Below, one piece after another: positions 49,401 through 60,826 of a stretch of 64,000 nucleotides of DNA. The translations under genes and the position numbers were made by a program. Positions within the stretch are counted from its first letter, which is position 1; each line of letters opens with the position of its first letter. The notes under the pieces were generated by a model. That model did not search any database and had not been told where the DNA came from. It saw only the letters and a program-made list of their open reading frames with translations. Source of the stretch: Lingula anatina (taxonomy: Eukaryota; Animalia; Brachiopoda); contig CM120646.1 in the NCBI GenBank assembly GCA_051362555.1, positions 15,190,001 through 15,254,000 on the forward strand, given 5' to 3'.

Positions 49401-52400
49401 AACGATCACGATAGGTCTGTCTTTCACATCTGTTCTTATTTGACATTATCTCAAAGTCCATGACATACGGGCACACATACCATTAGATGAAATGCACTTC
49501 ATTAATTCATTGAACAATGTTAGACATCGCATGTAGAAACATAATACTGTATATTCTATATTTATGATATTGTGATAATTTTCTTTAATTTTAGCCCCTG
49601 GCAACCCGGAATTCGTACAAGAAAATTTAGTGGTGACAACAACCTCCATCACCCTTAACTGGAATCCTCCTGGCGGAAAAGTAAAACACTACGCTTTATA
49701 TCATCAACTTGTAGATGAAGAAATGGGTTATTTCACAAAGTGGTTGTCCGGTGGCGAAAAAAAGGATATAGTAGAAGGTCGTTTTAAAATATTGGATAAC
49801 CTTCAGCCAGGATTGAAGTACCGCATAAGAGTATGCGCTGAGGTAGATGGTGCAAGGGACGAGAAAGGTGACACCATCGAAGTTGCAACAAGTAAGTTAT
49901 TTTTATTAAGCTAAACAACTCTTCCGATTAAGAAAAGCAGAAACTATTTTATATGTTTATACTGCTCAATAACTTTATAATAAATCGACCATCTCTTTAT
50001 AGAAGTATGCACAATGTTTGGACTTAACTATCAAATATCATTATACAAATGACCATATAAAAAAGGAGGTGAAAAATAAAATTGACACCCCCAAGAGTCA
50101 CTCACTATCATGCTTGTCAGCCTGTCGTAACCAAACATGCTTCACAACGCCTCTCCATTGAGTAATAAATGTCTGGAGCGACTGCCATGAAATGAACATT
50201 TCTACTTGAGCGAGGCTTTGAGCGAGCTTATTATAATATCTTAATTCTGATATGATCATGGGGTGATTTCGCTGAAATGATTGAAGTGATCCCATAAGGG
50301 TGCATATCTGTAAAAATAGACCAGTTAATAAGTCCTTTCTGTGGACGTTTCTCAGCAGCTGAAATTCTTTTAGAAACACTTGCACGATGAGAACTTACAT
50401 TGTTTAATTGTAGAATAGTTCCATGACTTAGCTTACAGGAGAATGACATAACATGCTTATCAGGTTTTCATTTCTGTAGCAGAATCCGGTGAGATAGCCA
50501 TTTATAATGTAGGCTAAGGGGGGAGAAAACCCACCGCACCATTACTGGTCGCACTGCCTGGAGTATCAATATCTTAAGAATAATAATGTTTATTCTTGTA
50601 ATTAAACGTTGCATAGTATATGTAAGTTATGAAAGCAACTAAAATAAGAATTCAGTGATTTAAATGTAAAATCTAAACTGCCTCTTTAAAATAGTTCATT
50701 GCCACAAAATCGTTCAATTAATATTAAAATATTAAATCAATCGGTTTCCTTAAAAGAATTTAATAACATAAAATGGTTCAATTTATTAAAGTACATGTAT
50801 GATATCAGTCATTTTCTTTAAGATAATTTAGAGTTTGTACATTAAAATTTCGAAGGACCAGTGAGATAAAAGTCTTTGGAGATGTAACAGATCTAACATT
50901 TGAGATATAGACGTTCCAAAAGTGTCTCAGAGAATGCAAATGTTTTTTTTTACTTTTCTTAATTAATGATTCAGTGTATGCTCTTCAGTACACATGCTTC
51001 TAAACATTTTAAGGCATAAGTAATTGAACCTGCTTTGCAAGGGGACAGAGTTTGTTTCTTTTATTTGTAATGTTTAGGGGTACTAGATATTCAAATTCAA
51101 TAGCTTAATGCTAATATCGTTTATTTTCTAAGGGTTCAAAATTTTCAGCTTGGCACTTATGTCTCTATATCTCTCAGTCAACATCCCCTCCCTCTCTGTG
51201 GCTTGGTCGCTACTTTTATACTCTATTATAATGTACATTTCAAATGAACTTCCATAACTGACATGTAACATGTCATGCCTATATACATTAACTTAATTGT
51301 AGATACATTAAAATTAAATCTTGATTTACATTTTAAATGAACTTCTCTAACTGACATGCAACATGCCATGTCTATATATATTTGAATAATTAAAACTTAA
51401 ACAAATATGCGTACCTAATGTATGCAAATTTAGAAAACTATCAGTACAATTAGTGGCTCACTATTCAGCACAATTAATGGTTCACTACAATATGTTGCTA
51501 TTGCTTTGGTGGGGTGCACTTGGTTAAGGGGCTGGTACATGGCCCTCTCTGAGTGATGTGTTGAATATTGCAAGGATTGGAGCTGAATACGAAGGAAAGT
51601 CATGTACAATCCAGGTTGGGATCTCATCTTGTCCTAATGATTTGTTCAATAAGACCTTCTCCTTATCTCCAGGTAGTGTACCTGCTTCCTCGTAGACATT
51701 CGGTCCCATACAAACGAAGTCACGTCACAGATTGAAGAAGCAAATTGATTGTCTCCACAGATCCTTTTTATCCCCATTGCATTCGATCATTATTGGCCAG
51801 ATTTTGCAGGTTGTTGTTTTAATTGTTTTGTCAGTCAGCGCCTTGGTTTAATTTCTCCACTGTCTTCATGTGCTATCGCTTATGTGTTTCATCTTTGCTT
51901 CATCGCATTTTCCCTCAATACTTATGAAAGCCTATTGGTTTGGTTTCTGTATTGACGATAGACGGCTTACAACGGTTTCTATCAGTCATTAATGGTAGTG
52001 TGAGTGGCCCTTCTGGGGGATATTTGCAGTGCTCTAGTAGTGACTAAAAAGTTTCATATGAGATACAAGTAAAGAAAATAGTCCCGAGTTTGGTTTGTGA
52101 CACAAGGTGGAACTGGCCTATGTTTGTTGGATTACTCCCTGTTAGCGTTACCCATTAACTCAGTCTGTAAATTACTGAAGGACTTATACATGTATCTAGT
52201 CTTCTGACAGTGTCCTACATGTCAAAGCCTGTCTATATGTCTCCCTCTTTCCTCCAGAGACAAACCACGGCGTTGTGGCATGGGTATAGGATGTGTCAGT
52301 CAAAGCTCTTGTAATGCTATTCAGTTACTTGATTTTATAATTTTACAACCCCAGGAAGTTAGGAGGCCGAAGAGTCTTGTCCAACTTTTTACGTATTTCA

Positions 52401-55400
52401 CTCCATAAAAAATCATTATTATTATTATTATCATTATTACTTTAAATGTGTACAAAGTTAATTTTATTCCATTATTACAGATTAAATAGAAATTTGTCAT
52501 CCAATACGGAATGATGGTTTGGTCCTAGAATGGCAAAATTTTATAAACATTACGCATTGTTCAAACTTTTGCATCTTAAATATTTGGTCTTTAAACCTTC
52601 TTTGGGTAGTATATTATGAACACGTGAAAATATTTATTGTATACGATTTATTGTTTTAGTAATTAACATGATAAACATTGTTTTAACTATTTATTGCCCT
52701 ATCTTTTCTAGAGCCTGAAAAGCCGCGCATTGAATGTGATCTATCCAGTAAAATCCTTGTCTTACGATTCACATGTGATGGCAGAAAGGATTGCTATGAA
52801 GTACTTTATAAACTCTACGAGACTAAAGTGTACCAATTTCGGTACTTTGTAAGCAACACAAAGATTTCAAACGAGAGGGCAGATTTGTTTGAATGGCAAT
52901 CTGGGCGTGTTTATAATGTGGAGGTGAGGAGCATAAGTTATTATCAGAAGGACTTGGAGGTCAAGAGTGATCCAGTTACGCTGACAATACATACAGGTAA
53001 ACCAGTTATTATGAACTTTGTAAATAGACAAACATTATGCAGTTTAAGTTTTGTATACAATTTAAACAGGTATCCTGTACTAATGCCTGTTTAGTTGTTT
53101 CCAGAACTTCACAAAGCTGTTAAAACAGACTTGCAACTTATGCCATATGAAAATGAAACTAAATGTTCTTTCTTGTTGTCGCACCAATCATTTAACAAGC
53201 CAGTGCTTAAATGTTGTTACAGAGCCTTAGATCACAAGACCTTCTAAGTCATATGGGTATCGTGGAACATCTGGGTTTTATTCTCCGCCAAATACTGCAT
53301 AATACATATTAAACCTTGATTACAGTACCATCAAAACCAATCGTTAGATACGAAGCATCAGCGACTGACTTGACAGTGAAATGGCTCAAGATAAATGAAC
53401 CAGGTGTAGACAAAATCACGATTAAGTATTGGCAAAAAGGAGATACAAGTCCTTCACAGTTGCCTGATATGACTGACGTATCTGCGACCACCGCCAGCAT
53501 ACATAATCTCCGCCCAGGCACCACGTATATACTAGAAGTCACTTTCCACTGTGGAGACAAATCAAGCACAAGTGGTCCGATTGATATCATGACTGGTAAG
53601 TATATTATTAGAAAAACCAATGTATAGGTACTTCTCCATAATACAGGCATAAACGTTTATATATTTTTTTCAATGTACGGGGTTGTTTGCAGGAATGTAT
53701 GTATTAGACCAGGGTCCCTAACTCGAAAGCATCGCGTATTGCGAATAGCGATATTACATAAGAGGCTACAATGTATTATATGGGGCGAGTATGGGCGAGT
53801 TATGGAATCAAGACGCTTGAGCTCGGTCGCAATGTGCGATGCTTTCGAGTTACTGGGCCCAGTTTGGAAATATTTCTATATAATGGTGTCCTCCACTATA
53901 TGGTTCCTTATAGACGTGAATTATTTAAAAGTCGTAGTATATTTTTTTCAAATAATATCTGAATTGTAAACGTAATTTTGTGGGGTCATGGCATGTTGTG
54001 ATCAGGATGAACACTATGTCAGTATTTCGAGGTGTTTCTCACGATGAACTCATGATTGCTGAACATGTATGCCGTTTTGGGGTTCACATTAGGAATACAA
54101 GTATAGGGAAATGCAGTGTACATCGTAGCAGACACGTTAAACGCTTGCTCAATAACTAGAAATAATAAGTATTAGGAATAGTATTATCGTTTTTATGAGA
54201 GTGCAATTTTGTTCAGTTGTAAAACACTGAGATATAGACAAGTGATTCTCACACTGGATCTTACGTTTGAAACGGAGATCACGACCTTTTGACTTCATCA
54301 AAAAAATTATTGTCGCCTTCTTCAGGTGAACCAGCGTTGAGCTTGAAATCCAAATTGTAGAAAAGTAGAGGGTATGGTATGATCAATAAGTCACATATAA
54401 TTTAATATTACGAAAAGTTATATATCATTGTTGATAAAAAGCCTAACCCAACGCCATTGCAGCCAGTTCCTCATATTCAGTTGGAATTCAACTTTTTTGC
54501 AGAGCTTGTTCCTCCAGCAACGGTTTACCACACGTTAGTATCTGCTGTGTCGGCCAACATTGAATGGGAGAAGCCGAGAGGCCAGTATGACAACATCGTC
54601 GTCACTCTCACAGACTTGGCAACTAAAAAAACAACTGAGAAAAAAACAAAGGAACTCAGCATAAAGTTCCCTGGTCTCCGCCCTGCCACTTCCTACCGTG
54701 TAGACGTCTTGACGGTAAAAGGACCAAATGAAAGTGATGTCAGGTCTCACAATTTTCATACAGGTATATGTACTGTGTATACATTTTGAAAACCAAAAAA
54801 AATCCCCATTTTAATCAGTTTGTCAAAACTGCTGCATTTAATCCATTTTGAAAAAACACATGAAAATAGACAATGTAATATGCTCTCACCATTAAATTTG
54901 ATTAAACAAGTAGGGAACCCTACATTTTATAGATACACAGATAGATCATATCCCCATATAAATTGTTGTGTACATTTACAGCTCCTTTGCCCCCCACGGG
55001 TATATCTGTCAACCCCGGGGCGAATACAGCAAACATATCGTGGACCTATTCAGATAAACTGGAGGACGGGAGCATCACTTTTGAAATCAGGTATTGGGAA
55101 GTGACCTCTCGAGGATCTGAAGACTGCCTGACAGTGTCTTCTAAAACCTTGGAGACAACACTTAAGTCATTAACACCAGGGTCACAGTACATGGTACAAG
55201 TGAAGACCGTCTTTCAAGGAACGAGGAGTGACGGTTTCAAGGAGGCATCGTTTAGCACCGGTAAATAACTTATTGTCAAGCATTTTGTAGTGTTTGGTAA
55301 TGATAGAATAGTAGCAAGAGAAACCCATGGCTTTGTTTAGATTGCACTTGTTTTATTATTGCCATTTATTGGTTCCGGATTGTACATATAGTGTTTATAC

Positions 55401-56025
55401 AAAGAAAAAAATTGACCTTGTGGTAAACATTGTTGCAGGTTGTATATGTGCATATTCCTGGCAATTTTGTTACGATTACGCTAAACAGTCACTCAACATA
55501 AAGTTATTATGGCTCAAGTATGCCTGAATCATACTGTTGATTTTAATTCTTAAATGGAATTATAACTATGAATACGCAATTAAATGATACATCCGTTGAA
55601 TCTTCTCTCTGGTTTCTATAGCCCTGCTTTCCCTTTTTTTATGGGTTAAAGCAAAACATGTGGTTTATTGAGTATTTACACAGGACTTACTGCGAGAAGA
55701 ATGCACTTGTGATTTTATTTTATTATTTCAGAGCCACCTGCTGTAAGTAATGTACAAGTGCAAGGGTTTTCCACCTATGCCGACGTGTCCTGGAGGCCGC
55801 CTAGTCATGGAAAGGTCAAGAGTTATGATATCCTATTTTGGCCTGCTCACAACCCATCAGCAAAGCGCAAGACCACGGTTCAGTATCCTGCAGTCAAGGG
55901 ATCAATTATTGACCTTAAACAAGGGACCAAGTACATCGTGGAAGTGAAATCCAGTGTTGAAGGGCGCGAAAGCCAAGGTGGCGATAGGAAAACGTTTTAT
56001 ACAGGTAAGGCGTGATGGGGAAATT

Positions 56026-56068
<43 letters not shown>

Positions 56069-59000
56069 TATATATTCCAATCTCCCACCTCGCGACACTG
56101 TGTGTGTGTGTGTGTGTGTCGGAATATGTCTGTCTGTATATCGGAACAGGCCCATACCTGCATAATATAAGGTTTAGCCCATATCGGCCCATTCCAATAG
56201 CTTGTTTTTTGTAAGTATTCATCGTTATTTGTAATTGCATATATAGGCATATATTTATTTCAATTCTGATTAAATTGTTTAATTTAGGTTTTGTAAAAAC
56301 AATAGAATATATTTACATCCGTCAGCGATGCAATTTGTGTATAAACCATGAAAATACACACTGTTATAAGACATCTTATTCCGGTTCCCTTTCTCAATTT
56401 CCGCTTCTTCCACCTAGTTCCATCACCGCCGTGGATTGGCAGTATTGATGCTGCACCAGATTCAATCAAACTCAAATGGAGTAGAAAGGAGGATGAACCA
56501 GATGTCACCGATGCAGTAGTCACATATCGTATACCTGGCTTTACTCAGAAAATAACTGAACGTTTATCTACGAGAGAACCCCAGCAGCTGTTGATATATT
56601 CTCTGATGCCAAACACACGTATTGAAGGCTATGTTGAACTGGTGTGCGGAGATAAAACCAGCGACAAGACAAATTGGTCAGCAGCAACAGGTATGTTACA
56701 GCATCACCTGCAGTAAGGTTCCAGTTGTGTTTTTAAAGCAAAAAAAATCAAGTTAATAATGTCCCGTCATACATTTTTATTTTCCTTTAAACATCCTTTC
56801 ATCTTCGCGCTTTATTCTTCAGACTAAGACATGCAAGGTTCATCAGCCTTGGCTGTCTGGTTACAGTTTTAGTAACATGCATTGCTATATAAATTGACTG
56901 AAAACTTTTTAAAGTGTCAGATTTGATTTGCTGCTTTTAGATCCCATTAAACCAGGAAGTATACATGTAGGCTGTATATCAGAAACAACAGCTAATTTGT
57001 CGTGGGCAGATAACGGTATTGCAGGGACTGTAGAATATCGTGTTGATTATAAAGAGAAATCAGGGGCGAAGCGGTTTACGAAGGGTACATATGTACCCAA
57101 CCTGAAACTGACAGATTTGGAACCTGGGACAGAGTACATGGTGGCAATATCAACTGTGATTGACGGTACTGACTCTGAAGCCAGAACCACAACAGAATTC
57201 ACCACACGTAAGTAATCTGGAGTTGATAACACAGCTTCGTTTGTGCTTATGAGCGCCTGAGTTTTGATATTGCTTTGAATCTTTGAAATAAAACGTAGGT
57301 ATTCAATTATCACATGCTAATGTACTTCCCCCCTTCCATGCAGGTTTATACAATAATAATAATGATAATAATAAAACCATTCTGGGCATACTTATGTGAG
57401 GTGAAATCCCCAACGTTGTTTACCGTATTTAGGAAAAATCATAACTTGAACGTAATACACCCGAAATTTCGTAACCATGCAGACACATTTAAGTATTTGT
57501 AACGCCATTGTATACGCTGTTCACTGTTAACATGGAATCAAATGCCCTGTCCGATATTTGTATATAAATTTCAACTCCAATAGGCCCAGGCCAACCAGAC
57601 GCTGTAAAACTTGTGGGTAGTCCAGCTGCGGAATCGGCCCCCATTAGTTGGAAACCTCCTGCGGGTGTTGTGGATCACTACCGCCTTGAATACAAAACAG
57701 ACAAAGGTGAACCAGTGACTAAAATGATACGTGGCACTGAATCGAGCTATGAATTGGCTAATCTTATCCCTGGAACTAACTATACCATTGCACTATGCTG
57801 CGTACGCCACAAAAAAGAAAGTGAGATATACACGTTCGCATTTACAACAGGTACGGTCCGGTTATGTTGTGTATTACTTATTCCAACATGATTAAGAGAG
57901 TACAAGTATACAGCATAAATGTATATATTCCATTTTTATTTTCGCTAATTTATTAATTTATTCTGAAAAAATAGACCTGTCCATATATATATGTATGTTA
58001 AGTTGAGGGACGCACCGATGGACTATCGTGTATCTTACGAGTTAGGTTTTAATTTCACATCAATTACATCGATTGTTTTTCTTTGCCCAATAACAGCACT
58101 TGATGTGCCTATCATCACAGCCCAGCCTGACAGCACCGCCATATTGTTATCTTGGAGCCAGTATAAGGGAAATGCTGAAAGCTTTGAGATCACTTGCCAA
58201 AGTCAACATGATGAAGATGAGAAGCAAAGTGTGGTACTCCCTGGCGACATACGCAATCATACATTTAAAAACCTCACTGTAAATACCAGGTATTCTGGGA
58301 AAATATGGGCAAATCTTGGACCCCAGAAGAGTGAAACTACTGAATGGGAATGTTTGACAACTGCTAAACCGCCAGCAGGTAAACTGAATTATATATTTTT
58401 GTCCCTTTACTTCTTCATATCATGTTACTGTTCTCTGGGTTTAGTATCCAATTGTTTTTTGGTGATAAATTTTCTGGATATCTTATGCACAGTAGTTATG
58501 CACCGTGTATGGACTCAGTTGAGATCTTTTGTATTTGTTGTTCAGTTATATTTGTTATTCTGTTGTCTTTTCTACTATAACTACTATTGTTTGGCAGAAC
58601 ATGTTGCATTTACAAAGTGTGCCTTATGCATGTCATTTTATATGTTAGTTCCCAGTTCCCCTTCAAGGGTATTAGGACTCACATGTGCATACCCATGGAG
58701 ATAAAAATGTTGGAAAGAGTTATGGCTGTTATTGTAACTGTTATTGTAACTGAGTGCATGACACAACTTATGAAATTATGTGCCGAAAGGTGGATTTTTT
58801 TTATTGTTGTACCAGTAACGTGTACAGAAATACTTTAAATCTATCCGTGTTTAATATATGATTAAAATATTTTCAGATCCGAGACCGACTGGTGCAAGTG
58901 CAAAACCAGAAGCGGTATGTGTATTATCTGTCCGTTTGTAAACATTAGTCTGTAATGTTTCTTCTGATTAATAATCAGGGGCGGATCCAGAGATATTTTC

Positions 59001-60826
59001 TGACTGTCTTCCAAATTATCTTTGTTGATTCATTTCCTGTTGTTACTCTTGTTGTTCTTGTTGTGAAGTTAATTTTTATTGAATAATCACCATTATCGTT
59101 AATCACTTGGACACCAATGCTAACATATGTTAATTATTCTTTTCAAGCGCATATCATTCAGTCTAAAATTGATCAAAAAGGAAGGCAAAGTTTCCGAAGG
59201 TGCAGAAGCAGGACATGGCCATCTTAGCCTGGTGGTTGTCGTGAAGGGCGCAAGGGCCCTTCCTAACACTAGACGAACGAGTAAATTTGACACTTATTGT
59301 TCTGGGTAAGTAAGGCAGGATAATATTAGTATATGTATGTATCACCCTCAAAAGAGGCCAAACAAGTGTCCTCTACGAGGGGAATGTTTGTCTAACAACA
59401 TTCTGTATTAAGCAGCACTTACTTCAGATAATAAATGTATGAAGTATGTAGGCCAATGTGATATAGCGCACTTGTATTCAACAATCAACATTATTGTTTC
59501 TCTACATGTGATTGTACATAACGTCACTACTATGACGCAACACTTAACAACAATGATATCATAATATACATACCGAAATAAACTCTGAAGAGGCCCATAA
59601 GGGCTGAAATAATTGGAACATATACTATATACATTCTGCACAGGAAAGGAATTAAAAAAAGAATCACTTTCTTTCTCTCTGTGTTCTTACAATGAAGCAT
59701 GCTTGTAATTTGGTGACATGTGTCGGTGATCTTTTAATTTGATGAACTTATTTACCTCTGAGGAAATCACTTTTGAACATCAGATTTCTGAGGTTTGAGG
59801 GGATGCGTGCTGTAAAAATGGAGAACTGGTATAGTTATCTTCACCGGAATTATGTGCATTTTATGTACCATTAGCCAACTTATCTTTGGTATCTGGAATA
59901 AAATATATTTAATAAAGCTGACAGTTGTGAGCTAATCAAACATAGGTTAACAAATGAAAATAATCGTGAAGACACATTTTACAAATACGCCGAATTTCGC
60001 AACAAGCTTTAGTCAATGCAAAGGTTTGGAGAGCTATTAAGATATCTAACTGTATACGCTCAAGTGAGAACTACTTATTTGTCCAGAACTGTAGGTCTGA
60101 TTGTGATTCCATTTGAATCGTATCAGTTTCTTTTATGGCGGTGCTTATTATATGAAACATCTTGTACAACTGAAGTATGAATGGGACATTCATACATAAT
60201 GGCGATAAGTGGAATTTATTTCAATGGAGTAATTATTGACCAAACAGTTTTGAATTGATTTTATATATGCAAGTACGAACACGTTTTAATATTTGCAGAA
60301 TTGTCTACCCAAAAGGAAACAGAAAGGCACTTAAAACGAAGGCAATCACGGGACACAATCCTGCTTGGAGAGAGGAATTCGAATTTAGCGTTTCTTCTGT
60401 TGATTTTTTAAGAAAAAAATGTTTGCAACTGAACATTAAGGAATATTTTAGAGTTGGACAGGATGCTCCAGTCGGAGGAATCCGTCTTAACAGGGGAACA
60501 GGTTTGTATAATACATGTAAATTACCCTTTTTAATCCACATTATAATATTTTTCTATTTATGATTTTAATGATTGTCGCCATGCGAAATGTAAAGATTTT
60601 TTTACTTAACGAAAATATGCAATTCGTTTCTCATGTAATTAGTTCTTAGTTCCTTTCTGGGCGAAATAATGTTTTGAATTCTTATACTGTAGGGGAGTAC
60701 AATGGTAATTCAGTGGACTGGATGGACTCCACAGATCAGGAACAAGAAGTGTGGAGAAGATTATTAGACTCTACGCTTGGGGAAGAGATCACTGCCGATT
60801 TACCACTAAGACCTTTAAAAAGTTAG
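32125..60826 (+). CDS. Giant LRRC8-like TM - acidic linker - ~33x fibronectin type III - C2 domain protein (~3,600-3,700 aa, spliced model)
   Basis: Donor CAG|GTAAAA at 33018 (phase 0) joins acceptor TATAG|GTT at 33938 in frame. Linker exons 33938-33979, 34324-34374, 34700-34765, 35329-35379 and 35627-35747. Then phase-1 FN3 exons 36014-58378, a small exon 58878-58914 and C2 exons 59148-59305, 60299-60501 and 60693-60826 (TAG). Confidence 0.7.
33819..33829. promoter_or_regulatory. kB-like palindrome upstream of an in-frame ATG (33950)
   Basis: GGGGATACCCC. A second kB-like GGGAATACC lies near 33319. Confidence 0.3.
36014..58378 (+). CDS. Array of ~33 fibronectin type III exons (RPTP/tenascin-like repeats)
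   Basis: Repeated ~260-300 bp phase-1/1 exons, each with P.P...[LI].W..P.G....Y...L.PG..Y...V (e.g. 38533-38794, 41399-41662, 54982-55260, 57584-57850). Repeats 2 and 3 are split (36622-36882 + ~37296-37408; 37687-37937 + 38288-38384). Confidence 0.93.
50100..52000 (-). mobile_element. Decayed LINE (reverse transcriptase) fragments in the large FN3 intron
   Basis: Minus strand 51524-51709 reads KSLGQDEIPTWIVHDF...PILAIFNTSLREGHVP (cf. KSxGPDxIPxxxL...PLxxIFNxSLxxGxVP). It sits in a ~2.8-kb intron among otherwise short introns. Confidence 0.65.
53712..53860. mobile_element. Short MITE (CAG TSD), related to the palindromic element at ~1347-1513
   Basis: TIR TAACTCGAAAGCATCGC / GCGATGCTTTCGAGTTA. 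Shares TTATGGAATC[AG]AGACGCT with 1433-1450. Confidence 0.65.
56028..56119. repeat. (TA)n and (TG)n microsatellites
   Basis: Direct read. Confidence 0.9.
59148..60826 (+). CDS. C-terminal C2 domain resembling synaptotagmin-like protein (Slp4/5) C2B
   Basis: RISFSLK...LVVVVKGARAL...FDTYCSG|IVYPKG...KTKAITGHNPAWREEF...CLQLNI...VGGIRLNRGTG|EYNGNSVDWMDSTDQEQEVW (cf. Slp4 [30 protein letters not shown]). Confidence 0.85.

Noticed and set aside
36014-58378. Calling the FN3 array a receptor tyrosine phosphatase, fibronectin or tenascin
   Set aside because: No signal peptide, no TM segment after the repeats, and no PTP, EGF or fibrinogen domain. The gene ends in a C2 domain.
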